A DNA stretch of 63,743 nucleotides from Paracoccaceae bacterium (GTDB lineage Bacteria > Pseudomonadota > Alphaproteobacteria > Rhodobacterales > Rhodobacteraceae). The notes beneath the pieces are model-generated. The model saw only the letters and a program-made list of their open reading frames with translations. It searched no databases and was not told the origin of the DNA. This document shows positions 48,395 through 59,584 of this stretch, in pieces; within the stretch, counting starts at the first letter, position 1; every line of letters starts with the position of its first letter. The stretch lies in assembly GCA_014859945.1 (NCBI GenBank), contig JACZKR010000377.1:1-63743 (forward strand). Reading direction: 5' to 3'. Position numbers and translations under genes: made by a program.

Positions 48395-48459
48395 TCCGGG
48401 GGTCAGGGGTGAAACGGGGCAGGGCCGTCAGGCCCCGCCCCGCCCCGTGCAGCACGGGT

Positions 48460-50103
48460 TCAGGCGATCGAGATGGCCCAGGGCGCGACGATCTGCCAGT
48501 CGAGGTTCTTTTCCATCCCCGAGACATTCGCGGTGGCCCAGCGGCTCATCGTCTGCTTGTACCAGGGGATGAACATGAAGTCGTCGCGGAACAGCCGCTG
48601 CGCTTCCTGCGCCAGCGTCACGCGCGCCGGGTCATCGACGGGCTTCGTCAGCGCCTCGGCGACCTTGGCATCGACGGCGTCGTTCTTGTAGCCGCCCATC
48701 TTGCCCTGCGCATTGCCCGAGCCGCTGGCGATGGACCCCGCCAGATAGCTGGGCGCGTCCGGCACGCGGGTGCCCACGTCATCGCGGAAGATCTGCACCG
48801 CGTTCTGGTCGGGGCCGGCGTACTGGTCCTGCTGGGGCTTCATGTCGACCGCGGTGATGCCCAGATTCTGGCGCCACTGTTCGGCGATATACTGCGCCGC
48901 CGCTTCGTTCGCGGGCGACGAGATGCCGACGAACAGGATCTTCGGCAGCTTTTCCGGCCCGCCATAGCTCGACTCGGCCAGCAGCGCCTTGGCGCGCTCG
49001 GGGTCGAAGGGGAAGGGCACGAAGGCCGCGTCATCCGCCCCGGGAACCGAGTTCATCACGCTGTCGGTCTTCTGGTGCGGACCATCGGGGAACGAGGCCT
49101 TGATCAGCCCGTCGCGGTCGATGGCCAGGATCAGCGCCTCGCGCACCTTCGGGTCGTCCATCGGCGCGCGGGCGGCGTTAAACCAGAAGTGCTGGCTGGT
49201 GGGAATGGTCGGCCCGCCGGCAAATTCGGCGCCCAGATCCTGCACCATGGTCGAGGTGACCAGTTCGGTATGGGCCTGATATTCGCCCGATTTCAGCATT
49301 TCGGTCGCGGTCACGTTGTCTTCGACGGCCGTGATCTCGATCCCGGCCAGCTTCGGCGCGGTGCCGAAGAAATGCGGGTTCGGCGCAAAGGCCAGCGTGC
49401 CCGCATCAAGGTCGATCGCCGTCAGCATGAACGGGCCAGAGGTAACACCGCCGTTTTCCGGGCGGAAGAAATCAAGCACTTCATTGCCGTCGGCGCCCCG
49501 CGCCTGCGACACCTTCACGATGGGCGCGATGTGGTTGGCAAGGCGCATGTAGAAGATCGGGTCCGGCCCGGTCAGGGTGACGGTGATGGTCGCGGCATCG
49601 GTCACGGCGATGCCCGGAATATCGGTCGCGGCGCCGTCCTTGACGGCCGCATAGCCGTCGACATTGGCCAGAACCTGGTCGATCCGCTGGTTCTTCGTGG
49701 CCGGCATCGCCGACAGTTCCCAGCTGCCCTTCACGTCCTCGGCGGTGATGGCCGAGCCGTCCGAGAAGGTGGCGGCGGGGTTCAGCTTGAAGGTCCAGAC
49801 GGTGAAGTCGGCGTTCGGCGCCCATTCGGTCAGCACATAGGGCTGAATCTCGCCGTTCTCGTTGAAATACATCGCGCTGGCGTTCCAGACCGAGTTCCAG
49901 CGATAGGGCACCCCGCCACCGCGCAGCGGCGACCAGTCCTGCGAGAAGGCGGGATTGATCGCCTTCAGGATCTGGCCTTCCTGCGCCATCACGATGCGGG
50001 CGCCCGGCCCAAGCGCCGCCACGGCCACGACCGAGCCGAGGCCCAGCTTCATCATGCCACGGCGGGTCAGGCCCGCGCCACGCGGCGTCATCTTGTTGTC
50101 CAT
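48460..50103 (-). CDS. ABC transporter family-5 substrate-binding protein with Tat signal
   Basis: LTRRGMMK twin-arginine leader; WTFKL..FSDGSAITAEDV; GGAGGA RBS. Confidence 0.9.
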   Translation of the reverse strand: MDNKMTPRGAGLTRRGMMKLGLGSVVAVAALGPGARIVMAQEGQILKAINPAFSQDWSPLRGGGVPYRWNSVWNASAMYFNENGEIQPYVLTEWAPNADFTVWTFKLNPAATFSDGSAITAEDVKGSWELSAMPATKNQRIDQVLANVDGYAAVKDGAATDIPGIAVTDAATITVTLTGPDPIFYMRLANHIAPIVKVSQARGADGNEVLDFFRPENGGVTSGPFMLTAIDLDAGTLAFAPNPHFFGTAPKLAGIEITAVEDNVTATEMLKSGEYQAHTELVTSTMVQDLGAEFAGGPTIPTSQHFWFNAARAPMDDPKVREALILAIDRDGLIKASFPDGPHQKTDSVMNSVPGADDAAFVPFPFDPERAKALLAESSYGGPEKLPKILFVGISSPANEAAAQYIAEQWRQNLGITAVDMKPQQDQYAGPDQNAVQIFRDDVGTRVPDAPSYLAGSIASGSGNAQGKMGGYKNDAVDAKVAEALTKPVDDPARVTLAQEAQRLFRDDFMFIPWYKQTMSRWATANVSGMEKNLDWQIVAPWAISIA

Positions 50104-50391
50104 GTTCTCCTCCCAAGCAGTGAGCGGCCCCGCAGCCTTTCGCGACCCCGGTGGCGCAGCCATGTGCCACGGGAAATGAACAACTTTGCGGCTTATCTGT
50201 CAACTTGTTATTATAGGATCAAGAAGTCCGGCGATTTTCTGGCCGAGTTCTTATGGCATTGACATTCAGAAGATTGAAATTACTTGATTTAAGTATAGTC
50301 CGCCTTTCGGAAGGCTGTTCGGCTACACTTGACAACTTGTGCAATCCTGTCACCTTCCCCCCGTCATCCGCGCAAGAACCCGGAGTTTCCG

Positions 50392-51564
50392 ATGCCCGAA
50401 TCCATGCCCGCCCGCGAACTTCACCGCGATGAAATCGTCTCGCGCATGGACGGGCTGTTGCGCCCGAACGCGGCCGAGCCGGATCGGACCGATGCGTTCC
50501 TGCCCTCGCCCGTGGTGCAGAACCATGCGGCAAACCTTGCTTTTCTGCCCGATGGCAGCCTGGCCTGCGTCTGGTTCGGCGGCACGATGGAGGGGATGGG
50601 CGATATCTCGGTCTGGATGTCCACCCTCGCCCCCGGCAGCGACCGGTGGAGCGCGGCGCGGCAGCTGACCGATGATTCGCAGCGGTCCGAACAGAACCCC
50701 GTGCTGTTCAATGCGCCGGATGGTGCGGTCTGGCTGTTCCACACCAGCCAGCCGGGCGGGCGGCAGGATGAATGCCGGATCATGGCGCGGGTATCGGCCG
50801 ATGGCGGTGCCAGTTTCGGCCCGCCGCGCCTGATCGGCGAAACCCGGGGTGTCTTCGTCCGCCAGCCGCTGCGCCTTGGTCCGGCGGGCGAATGGCTGCT
50901 GCCGGGCTTTCACTGCATTGCCACCCCCGGCGCCCGCTGGACCGGTGACCGTGATCTGGCAGTCATGCTGGTGTCGCGCGATGCCGGCCAAAGCTGGCAG
51001 ACCGTGGCCGTGCCCGAAAGCACCGGCGCCGTTCACATGAACCCCCTGCCGTCCCGCAACGGGGTGATGCCGGCCTTCTACCGCGACCGCTTCGCGCAAT
51101 CGGTGCGCCGCAGCCTGTCGCATGACGGCGGCCTGAGCTGGAGCGCCCCAGAACCCACGGTGCTGCCCAACAACAACTCGTCCGTGCAGGCCGTGCGGCT
51201 TCACGACGGACGGATTGCCATGGTCCTGAACCCGGTCAACGCGGCGATGTCGGCCGACCGCCGCGCCTCGCTTTATGATGAGATCGAGGATGAGGGCGAT
51301 GCCCCCCAGGGCACCGGCGGCGCGATCTGGGGCGTGCCGCGCGCGCCGATGACGTTGGCCATCTCGCCTGATGAAGGCGACAGCTTTCCGGTGATGCGCA
51401 ATCTGGAAACCGGGCCGGGCACCTGCCTGTCGAACAACTCGCAGGATGCGGTGAACCGTGAGTTTTCCTATCCTTCGATCCTTCAGGGCCCCGACGGCGC
51501 GCTGCACATCGCCTATACCTACCACCGCCGCGCGATCCGCTATGTCCGGCTGGAAAGCGCCTGA
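50392..51564 (+). CDS. Sialidase-like BNR/Asp-box protein
   Basis: Asp boxes SADGGASF, SRDAGQSW, SHDGGLSW, SPDEGDSF; EFSYPS; no signal peptide. Confidence 0.85.
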   Translation: MPESMPARELHRDEIVSRMDGLLRPNAAEPDRTDAFLPSPVVQNHAANLAFLPDGSLACVWFGGTMEGMGDISVWMSTLAPGSDRWSAARQLTDDSQRSEQNPVLFNAPDGAVWLFHTSQPGGRQDECRIMARVSADGGASFGPPRLIGETRGVFVRQPLRLGPAGEWLLPGFHCIATPGARWTGDRDLAVMLVSRDAGQSWQTVAVPESTGAVHMNPLPSRNGVMPAFYRDRFAQSVRRSLSHDGGLSWSAPEPTVLPNNNSSVQAVRLHDGRIAMVLNPVNAAMSADRRASLYDEIEDEGDAPQGTGGAIWGVPRAPMTLAISPDEGDSFPVMRNLETGPGTCLSNNSQDAVNREFSYPSILQGPDGALHIAYTYHRRAIRYVRLESA

Positions 51565-51651
51565 CGCGGGCGATTGGCGCTTTCCGCGGATGGGGCCGAC
51601 CTGCTAGACCGGGCAGACCCGAACCCCCGAGGCCCAAACCCGAGGACTGCC

Positions 51652-52434
51652 ATGAAGATCGCCACCTGGAACATCAACTCGGTCCGTCTGCGCGAAGGGC
51701 TTGTCGTGCGCTTCCTGCAGGAAGAAGCGCCCGACATCCTGTGCCTTCAGGAATGCAAGAGCCCGGTCGAGAAGATCCCGCTGGAGCAGTTTCAGGCGCT
51801 GGGCTACCGCCACATCGTCGCGCGCGGGCAAAAGGGTTACAACGGCGTGGCGATCCTGTCGAAGCAGCCGATCATGGATGCGGGCGACAAGGATTTTGCC
51901 CGGATGGGCCATGCCCGCCACGTTGCGGCCCGGCTGGAAAACGGCGTGGTGATCCACAACTGCTATGTGCCCGCCGGCGGCGACATTCCTGACCGGAACG
52001 AGAATGAGAAGTTCGGCCAGAAGCTCGATTTCCTGACGGATATGCGTGACCATTTCCGCTGGGAACGGCCCGACCGCGCAATTCTGGTGGGCGACCTGAA
52101 CATCGCGCCCCGCGAAGATGACGTGTGGGACCACAAGGCGCTGCTGAAGATCGTCAGCCACACCCCGATCGAGGTTCAGCACTTCCATGACGTGATGGAG
52201 GCCGGCGGCTGGCTGGACGTGACGCGCAAGGACATTCCCGAAGGCCGGCTTTACAGCTGGTGGTCCTACCGCAGCCCCGACTGGAACGCGGCCGACAAGG
52301 GCCGGCGGCTGGACCATGTCTGGGCGACGCCCGACATCATCGGCGCAGCCCACGGCAGCCGGGTCTTGCGCGACGTGCGCGGCTGGGACCAGCCCAGCGA
52401 CCACGCCCCGGTGATCGCCGAGTTCGACCTGTAA
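51652..52434 (+). CDS. xth: Exodeoxyribonuclease III
   Basis: MKIATWNINS, LQECK, GYNGVAILS, GDLNIAP, YSWWSYR, SDHAPV. Confidence 0.93.
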   Translation: MKIATWNINSVRLREGLVVRFLQEEAPDILCLQECKSPVEKIPLEQFQALGYRHIVARGQKGYNGVAILSKQPIMDAGDKDFARMGHARHVAARLENGVVIHNCYVPAGGDIPDRNENEKFGQKLDFLTDMRDHFRWERPDRAILVGDLNIAPREDDVWDHKALLKIVSHTPIEVQHFHDVMEAGGWLDVTRKDIPEGRLYSWWSYRSPDWNAADKGRRLDHVWATPDIIGAAHGSRVLRDVRGWDQPSDHAPVIAEFDL

Positions 52435-52683
52435 GCGGGCGTCTGAAGCCGGATCAGGTTGCGGGGCCTTAAGGGCCCGGCGCCTTGGGCCGCAGGGATA
52501 TATGAGGGCAAGGCCTGACCGCCGGGCGGACAGCCGACATGTGAGTCCCGCGCTTCATGGCGCAAGAACTGCCGACACTGCGCGTCGTGGCCACGTTGCA
52601 GAATGCCCGCCCGAGGGGGCGGTCGGGCATTGCCCGGGCGCGCTTCGCGCTTGATTCCCGGGCGCATACGAAGCCAGCCCCGC

Positions 52684-53157
52684 CTAAAGCGGAACGGCGG
52701 TGGTGTTCTTGACCTGCCGCAGCGCGAAGCTGGTGGAAATGGCCTGCACATGCGGCAGCGCCAGAAGCCGCGTCTTCACCGTGCGTTCGTAATGCGCGAT
52801 GGACCGGGCAATCACCTGCAGCATGTAGTCATGATCGCCCGAGATCGAGTGGCACTGGATCACCTCTTCCACGCGGCCCGCCGCCTCTTCGAAGGCTTCC
52901 AGATGGGCGCGGCTGTGGCCGTTCATCCGCACCGCGCAGAAGGCGGTGACGTCATAGCCGATGCGGGCCGGGTCGATGATGAACCGGCGTTCCTCGACGA
53001 TGCGTTCTGACCGCAGCCGCGCCAGACGCCGCCAGACGGGCGAATGGCTGAGGCCCGTGCGCTCGGCAATCTCGCGCAGGCTCAGGTCAGGTTCGGCCTG
53101 CAGCAGCCGCAGGATGCGGCGGTCGGCGTCGTCGAGGGGGTCGGTATTGTCCGGCAT
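52684..53157 (-). CDS. Lrp/AsnC family transcriptional regulator
   Basis: LDDADRRILRLLQ, HTH, CHSISGDHDYML. Confidence 0.92.
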   Translation of the reverse strand: MPDNTDPLDDADRRILRLLQAEPDLSLREIAERTGLSHSPVWRRLARLRSERIVEERRFIIDPARIGYDVTAFCAVRMNGHSRAHLEAFEEAAGRVEEVIQCHSISGDHDYMLQVIARSIAHYERTVKTRLLALPHVQAISTSFALRQVKNTTAVPL

Positions 53158-53171
53158 GGCGGGCTTTCGGG

Positions 53172-53951
53172 TCAGGACCAGGCGGGTTTGCGCTTTTCAA
53201 GGAAGGCCGCGATGCCCTCGCGCGCCTCATCGGTTTCCCAGGCGTCGGCAAGGGCGGCGATGCTGGCCTCGATCCGCTCGGGGGTGATGGGGGCGCCCAG
53301 GCTGCGCGCCAGCCGCTTGGCGCGCGCCACCGCGCCGGGGGCCACCGCCAGATAGGGCGTCACCTCGGCCTCAATCGCCGCTTCGGCCTGATCGGTGGCG
53401 ACAAGGCGCGAGACAAGGCCCAGCCGCACCGCCTCGGCCGCGTCAAAGATCCGCGCCGACATGAAGACCTGCCGCGCCGCGCCTTCGCCCATCCGCGCGA
53501 TGACATGGGGCGCGATGGTGGCGGGAATGATGCCCAGCCGGGTTTCGGTAAAGCCAAAGCGCGCGTCCGGGTCGGCCAGCACCACGTCGCAGGCGGCCAG
53601 CAGCCCCAACGCCCCGCCATAGGCGCCGCCCTGCACATGGGCGATCAGCGGCGCGTCCAGCGTGTTCAGCGCCTGAAACACCGCCGCCAGACGCCGCGCG
53701 GCGGCGATGCGGGTGGCGCGGTCGGCCTGCACCTGCGCCATCATCCAGTCCAGATCGCCACCGGCGCAGAACACCGCCCCCGCCCCCCGCAGCACCACGG
53801 CGCGGATCGTCGGGTCGGTGTTGGTGCCGGCGGCAAAGCCCGTCAGCGCGTCGATCATCGCTGCTGACAGAGCATTGCGGCGGGCGGGCTGGTTCAGCGT
53901 CAGGCTGATGATGCCGCGGGCGTCGCGCCGGATGTCGAGGGTGTCGTTCAT
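53172..53951 (-). CDS. liuC: Enoyl-CoA hydratase (methylglutaconyl-CoA hydratase-like)
   Basis: FCAGGDL, GGALGL, ETRLGIIPATI; within the leucine catabolism operon. Confidence 0.82.
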   Translation of the reverse strand: MNDTLDIRRDARGIISLTLNQPARRNALSAAMIDALTGFAAGTNTDPTIRAVVLRGAGAVFCAGGDLDWMMAQVQADRATRIAAARRLAAVFQALNTLDAPLIAHVQGGAYGGALGLLAACDVVLADPDARFGFTETRLGIIPATIAPHVIARMGEGAARQVFMSARIFDAAEAVRLGLVSRLVATDQAEAAIEAEVTPYLAVAPGAVARAKRLARSLGAPITPERIEASIAALADAWETDEAREGIAAFLEKRKPAWS

Positions 53952-54805
53952 CTGTCCCGCCCCGTGATTGCCGCCGCATGCCGCGCGGCCTTTTCCAGCG
54001 CCGCCGGATCGACGCCGGTTTCATGCCCCAGCCGTTCCATCAGTGTCAGAACGGCTTCGGTCGCCACATTCCCCTTCGCCCCCGGCGCATAGGGGCAGCC
54101 GCCCATGCCGCCGACCGAGCTGTCGAAGACCCGCAGCCCATGGTCCAGCGCGACGGCGATATTGTCCAGCGCCCAGGCCTGCGTGTCATGGAAATGCCCC
54201 GCGAGACGGGCTGCCCCCAGTTCCGGCACCAGTAGCGCCAGCAACCGCTCCACGCCCGCCGGGGTGGCGTGGCCCAGCGTGTCGCCCAGGCTGACCTCAT
54301 AGCACCCCATCGCCAGCAGGTCGCGCGCCACCGTCAGCACCACTTCGGGCGCGACCGGGCCGTCGTAGGGACATTCGGTGATGCAGGACACATAGCCGCG
54401 CACCGGCACCCCCGCCGCCTGTGCTGCGGCCAGAACCGGCGCGAAACGTTCAAGGCTTTCGGCGATCGAGCAGTTCAGGTTCTTCCGGCTGAACCCTTCC
54501 GAGGCCGAGGCGAAAACCGCCACCTCATCAGCCCGCGCGGCCCGGGCCGCGGTGAAGCCCTGAAGGTTCGGCGTCAGCGCGGCATAGCTGACACCGGGCG
54601 CGCGGGCGATCCCGCCCAGAACCTCGGCGGCATCGGCCATCTGCGGCACCCAGTGCGGGCTGACAAAGCTGGTCACCTCGATCCGGCGCAGCCCGGTGGC
54701 GGAAAGCAGATCGACCAGCCGGATCTTGTCGGCCGCCGGCACCAGCCGCGCCTCGTTCTGCAGCCCGTCGCGCGGCCCGACCTCAAAAAGCGTGACCCTA
54801 GCCAT
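53948..54805 (-). CDS. liuE: Hydroxymethylglutaryl-CoA lyase
   Basis: EVGPRDGLQNE, SLGDT, GHFHDT, GGCPYAPGA. Confidence 0.93.
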   Translation of the reverse strand: MARVTLFEVGPRDGLQNEARLVPAADKIRLVDLLSATGLRRIEVTSFVSPHWVPQMADAAEVLGGIARAPGVSYAALTPNLQGFTAARAARADEVAVFASASEGFSRKNLNCSIAESLERFAPVLAAAQAAGVPVRGYVSCITECPYDGPVAPEVVLTVARDLLAMGCYEVSLGDTLGHATPAGVERLLALLVPELGAARLAGHFHDTQAWALDNIAVALDHGLRVFDSSVGGMGGCPYAPGAKGNVATEAVLTLMERLGHETGVDPAALEKAARHAAAITGRDR

Positions 54806-56780
54806 CCGCGGGCTCCAGCGCGACCAGAACGGTGCCGTCCTGCACCTGCTGACCCTGGGCCACCTGCACCTCGGCCACGGTGCCATCGCGCGGCGCGCGC
54901 AGGGCATGTTCCATCTTCATCGCCTCGACGATCACCAGCACCTCACCCTGTGCCACGCTCTGGCCCGGTTTGGCGGCCAGCAGCGTGACCAGCCCCGGCA
55001 TGGGTGAGATCAGCGCATCGCCCGAAGCTTCGGTCCGGCGGTCGCGGCGCAGCGGGTCGTGCCGGCGGAAGGTGGCGGCATGGCCGGGCGAAAACAGCGT
55101 GACCGCATCGCCATGGCGCGCAAGGCCGAAGCGGCGGCTGTGCCCCGCGTGGTCAATCGTGACGCCGCCGTCCTGCAAGGTGGCGCGCAGGTCGGCACCG
55201 TCCAGCAGGATGCGGCCACCCTCCAGCGTCAGCCGCAGGTCGATCCGGTCATCCCCCCGCAGCAGCGTCACCGGCACCTCGCCGCCGCCCCACAGCCGCA
55301 GCCCGCGCAGGTGCGACCACGGGTCGGTGCCCGGCGGGTCCAGAAGGCCGCTCAGCACCAGCGCGGCAGCGGCGGCCTCGCCCGCTGGCGCATCGGGCAA
55401 CGCCGACAGCGCCGCAAGATCGCGCGCGATCAGGCCGGTATCCACCTGCCCCGCGCCAAAGCCCGGATGGCGCGTCAGCGCATGCAGGAAGGCCAGATTG
55501 GTGACGGTTCCGGCCACCTGCGTTTCGGCCAGCGCCTGTTCCAGCCGCCGCAGCGCCGTGGCGCGGTCGGGGCCGTGGGTGATGATCTTGGCGATCATCG
55601 GGTCATACCACGGGCTGATCGCATCGCCCGGCCGCACCCCGCTGTCCACCCTAACCGGCGCACGGGCGAACTCGGTGGCCGGCGGAAAGCTCAGATGGTC
55701 CAGCCGGCCGGTGGCGGGAAGAAAGCCCTTGCCGACATCCTCGGCGTAAAGCCGTGCCTCGAATGCGTGCCCGTCGATCCGCAGATCACCTTGGGTCACC
55801 GGCAGGGGCTGACCGGCGGCGATGCGCAGTTGCAGTTCGACGAAATCAAGGCCGGTGATCGCCTCGGAGACCGGGTGTTCCACCTGCAGGCGGGTGTTCA
55901 TCTCCATGAACCAGAAGCCATCGGGGCGCAGCCCCGTGCTGCCGTCCGCGATGAACTCTACCGTGCCGGCGCCGCGATAGCCGATGGCGCGGGCGGCTTC
56001 GACCGCCGCCTTGCCCATGGCCGCGCGCATTTCGGGCGTCATGCCGGGGGCGGGGGCCTCTTCGATCACCTTCTGATGGCGGCGCTGCAGCGAGCAGTCG
56101 CGTTCGAAGGCATGGATCACATTGCCATGGGCATCGGCAAACACCTGCACTTCGATGTGGCGAGGGGCGGTGATGTACTTCTCGACCAGCACGCCGTCGT
56201 CACCGAAGGCAGCCAGTGCTTCACGCCGGGCGGCGGCCAGTTCGGCGGCGAAATCGCGCGCGGCACCGACCAGCCGCATGCCCTTGCCGCCACCACCCGC
56301 CCGCGCCTTTATCAGCACCGGCCAGCCGATGCGTGCGGCTTCGTCGGCCAGAAAGCCCGTGTCCTGTTCCGCGCCGTGATAGCCCGGCACCACCGGCACG
56401 CCGGCCTGTTCCATCAGGCGCTTGGCGGCATCCTTCAGGCCCATGGCGCTGATCGCCCCTGCCGGCGGGCCGATGAAGACCAGCCCGGCCGCAGCAACAG
56501 CCCCGGCGAAATCGGGGTTTTCCGACAGAAAGCCATAGCCGGGGTGAATGGCCTCGGCGCCTGTGGCCAGCGCGGCCGCGATGACGGCGTCACCCCGCAG
56601 ATAGCTTTCGGCCACAGGGGCCGGGCCGATGCGGATCGCTTCATCCGCCAGCGCCACATGGCGCGCGTCGCGGTCAGCATCCGAGCAGACGGCAACCGTC
56701 GCCACGCCCATGCGGCGGGCGGTGGTGATGATGCGGCAGGCAATCTCGCCCCGGTTCGCGATAAGAATCTTGCGGAACAT
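54798..56780 (-). CDS. liuD: Methylcrotonyl-CoA carboxylase, biotin-containing alpha subunit
   Basis: ANRGEIA, HPGYGFLSEN, EMNTRLQVEH, EAMKME. Confidence 0.9.
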   Translation of the reverse strand: MFRKILIANRGEIACRIITTARRMGVATVAVCSDADRDARHVALADEAIRIGPAPVAESYLRGDAVIAAALATGAEAIHPGYGFLSENPDFAGAVAAAGLVFIGPPAGAISAMGLKDAAKRLMEQAGVPVVPGYHGAEQDTGFLADEAARIGWPVLIKARAGGGGKGMRLVGAARDFAAELAAARREALAAFGDDGVLVEKYITAPRHIEVQVFADAHGNVIHAFERDCSLQRRHQKVIEEAPAPGMTPEMRAAMGKAAVEAARAIGYRGAGTVEFIADGSTGLRPDGFWFMEMNTRLQVEHPVSEAITGLDFVELQLRIAAGQPLPVTQGDLRIDGHAFEARLYAEDVGKGFLPATGRLDHLSFPPATEFARAPVRVDSGVRPGDAISPWYDPMIAKIITHGPDRATALRRLEQALAETQVAGTVTNLAFLHALTRHPGFGAGQVDTGLIARDLAALSALPDAPAGEAAAAALVLSGLLDPPGTDPWSHLRGLRLWGGGEVPVTLLRGDDRIDLRLTLEGGRILLDGADLRATLQDGGVTIDHAGHSRRFGLARHGDAVTLFSPGHAATFRRHDPLRRDRRTEASGDALISPMPGLVTLLAAKPGQSVAQGEVLVIVEAMKMEHALRAPRDGTVAEVQVAQGQQVQDGTVLVALEPADG

Positions 56781-56789
56781 GGCCGGCCC

Positions 56790-58397
56790 CTACATGCGGA
56801 AGACGCCGAAGCGGGTCGGCGCAATGGGTGCGTTCAGGCTGGCTGCAAGCGACAGGGCCAGAACCTCGCGTGTGCGGCGGGGGTCGATGATGCCGTCGTC
56901 CCACAGCCGCGCCGAGGCGTAAAGCGGATGCGACTGTTCCTGGAACTGCCGCAGGATCGGGGCCTTGATCGCGGCCTCGCGTTCGTCGGTCCAGCCGGTG
57001 CCCTCACGCTCGGCCCGGTCGCGCTGCACGGTGGCCAGCACGCCCGCCGCCTGTTCGCCGCCCATCACCGAAATCCGGCTGTTCGGCCAGGTCCACAGGA
57101 AGCGTGGGCTGTAGGCCCGGCCGCACATGCCGTAGTTGCCGGCACCGAAGGACCCGCCCACCAGAACGGTGATCTTGGGCACCGAGGTGGTGGCCACCGC
57201 TGTCACCAGCTTGGCACCGTCCTTGGCGATGCCGCCGGTTTCATATTTGCGCCCCACCATGAAGCCCATGATGTTCTGCAGGAAAATCAGCGGGATGCCG
57301 CGTTGCGAGCATAGCTCGACGAAATGCGCCCCCTTCAGCGCGCTTTCGGAAAACAGGATGCCGTTGTTGGCAAGGATGCCCACCGGCATGCCCATGACAT
57401 GGGCAAAGCCTGTCACCAGAGTTTCGCCATAGCGCGCCTTGAATTCGTCCAGACGTGAGCCATCGACGACCCGGGCGATGACCTCACGGATGTCATAGGG
57501 GGTGCCGGCGCTGAAGGGCACCACACCCGGAATCTCGGCCGGGTCGTAAAGCGGTTCCTCGGGGGTTTGCAGCTGGGGGCCGGCCGGTTTCACCCGGTTC
57601 AGGTTGGCCACCGCCTGCCGGGCCAGCGCCAGCGCATGCAGATCATCCTCGGCCAGATAGTCGGCCACGCCGGAAAGACGGGTATGCACGTCGCCGCCGC
57701 CCAGATCCTCGGCGCTGACCACCTCTCCGGTCGCGGCGCGCACAAGGGGCGGGCCTGCCAGAAAGATCGTGCCCTGATCGCGCACGATGATGGTGACATC
57801 TGACATCGCCGGCATATAGGCCCCGCCGGCGGTGCAACTGCCCATGACCACAGCGATCTGTGGAATGCCCCTGGCGCTCATCTGCGCCTGATTGAAGAAG
57901 ATGCGGCCGAAATGGTCGCGGTCGGGGAAAACCTCATCCTGATTGGGCAGGTTGGCGCCGCCCGAATCCACCAGATAGACGCAGGGCAGATGGTTGGTCT
58001 CGGCAATCTCCTGCGCGCGGAGATGCTTCTTGACCGTCATCGGATAGTAGGTGCCGCCCTTCACGGTGGCGTCGTTGCACAGGATCATCACCTCCTGCCC
58101 GCTGACCCGGCCGATCCCGGCAATCAGCCCGGCCGCCGGGGCATCGCCGCCATACATCCCATGCGCCGCCGTCGCGCCGATTTCCAGAAAGGGCGATCCG
58201 GCATCCAGCAGGTGCAGCACCCGGTCGCGCGGCAAAAGCTTGCCCCGCGCGGTGTGCCGCGCCGCCGCGGTGGGCCCGCCGCCCGCCTGCGCCAGCGCAA
58301 GGGCCGCCCGCACCTCGTTCATGGCGGTTTCGTGGGCGGCAAGGTTGGCGCGGAAGCTTTCGCTGCCGGTGGCGATGGCCGAGGAAAGAACGCTCAC
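56790..58397 (-). CDS. liuB: Methylcrotonyl-CoA carboxylase, beta subunit
   Basis: [33 protein letters not shown]. Confidence 0.92.
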   Translation of the reverse strand: MSVLSSAIATGSESFRANLAAHETAMNEVRAALALAQAGGGPTAAARHTARGKLLPRDRVLHLLDAGSPFLEIGATAAHGMYGGDAPAAGLIAGIGRVSGQEVMILCNDATVKGGTYYPMTVKKHLRAQEIAETNHLPCVYLVDSGGANLPNQDEVFPDRDHFGRIFFNQAQMSARGIPQIAVVMGSCTAGGAYMPAMSDVTIIVRDQGTIFLAGPPLVRAATGEVVSAEDLGGGDVHTRLSGVADYLAEDDLHALALARQAVANLNRVKPAGPQLQTPEEPLYDPAEIPGVVPFSAGTPYDIREVIARVVDGSRLDEFKARYGETLVTGFAHVMGMPVGILANNGILFSESALKGAHFVELCSQRGIPLIFLQNIMGFMVGRKYETGGIAKDGAKLVTAVATTSVPKITVLVGGSFGAGNYGMCGRAYSPRFLWTWPNSRISVMGGEQAAGVLATVQRDRAEREGTGWTDEREAAIKAPILRQFQEQSHPLYASARLWDDGIIDPRRTREVLALSLAASLNAPIAPTRFGVFRM

Positions 58398-59557
58398 CCC
58401 TGCGCCCCCATCAGTTCGCGCCCGATCAGCATGCGGCGGATTTCGCTGGTGCCGGCGCCGATCTCCATCAGCTTGGCGTCGCGGAAGATGCGGCTGACCG
58501 GGGTTTCGTTCATGAAGCCCATGCCCCCCATCGCCTGCACCGCCTGATGCGCCACGGTCATCCCCTCTTCCGAGGCATAAAGCACGCAGGCCGCGGCATC
58601 GGCGCGGGTCACCTGCCCGCGGTCGCAGGCGCGGGCGACTTCATAGACATAGGCCCGGGCCGAGTTCAGCTTGGTGTAGATGTCGGCGATCTTGCCCTGC
58701 ATCAGCTGAAACGACCCGATCGGCTGGCCGAACTGCTTGCGCGAGGCGAGATAGGGCATGATCTCATCCAGACAGGCGGCCATGATGCCGGTGCCGATGC
58801 CCGACAGCACGACCCGCTCGTAGTCCAGCCCCGACATCAGCACGCGCACCCCGCGCCCCTCGCCGCCCAGAATGTTTTCGGCCGGCACCTCGACATCCTG
58901 AAAGATCAGTTCGGCGGTGTTCGAACCGCGCATCCCCAGCTTGTCGAAATGCGGGCTGGTCGTGAAACCCGCCATGGTTTTCTCGATCAGGAAAGCGGTG
59001 ATCCCGCGCGCGCCTGCCTCGGGGTCGGTCTTGGCATAGACCACCAGCACATCAGCGTCCGGGCCGTTGGTGATCCAGAATTTCGTGCCGTTCAACACAA
59101 AGCGGTCACCCCGCCGTTCGGCCCGCAGCCGCATCGACACCACGTCCGACCCGGCCCCGGTTTCCGACATCGCCAGCGCGCCGATATGTTCACCCGAGAT
59201 CAGCCGGGGCAGATAGCGCTGCTTCTGCGCCTCGGTCCCGTTCAGGGCGATCTGGTTGACGCAAAGGTTCGAATGCGCGCCGTAAGACAAGGACACGCTG
59301 GCCGAAGCGCGGGCGATCTCCTCGACCGCGACGACATGGGCCAGATAGCCCATGCCCGCCCCGCCATATTCCGGCGGAACCGTCAGGCCCAGAAGGCCCA
59401 GTTGCCCCATTTCCGGCCAAAGCTCATTCGGAAAGGCGTTCTTGCGGTCAATCTCGGCCGCCATCGGCTTGACGCGCCCTTGCGCCCAGCGATGCACCAT
59501 GTCGCGCAGCGCGCCGATCTCTTCGCCAAGATCGAACCGCATGGAATTCAGGAACAT
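58394..59557 (-). CDS. ivd: Isovaleryl-CoA dehydrogenase
   Basis: [39 protein letters not shown]. Confidence 0.93.
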   Translation of the reverse strand: MFLNSMRFDLGEEIGALRDMVHRWAQGRVKPMAAEIDRKNAFPNELWPEMGQLGLLGLTVPPEYGGAGMGYLAHVVAVEEIARASASVSLSYGAHSNLCVNQIALNGTEAQKQRYLPRLISGEHIGALAMSETGAGSDVVSMRLRAERRGDRFVLNGTKFWITNGPDADVLVVYAKTDPEAGARGITAFLIEKTMAGFTTSPHFDKLGMRGSNTAELIFQDVEVPAENILGGEGRGVRVLMSGLDYERVVLSGIGTGIMAACLDEIMPYLASRKQFGQPIGSFQLMQGKIADIYTKLNSARAYVYEVARACDRGQVTRADAAACVLYASEEGMTVAHQAVQAMGGMGFMNETPVSRIFRDAKLMEIGAGTSEIRRMLIGRELMGAQG

Positions 59558-59584
59558 CGGTTTCCTCCCCCTCTGGCCCTTCGG

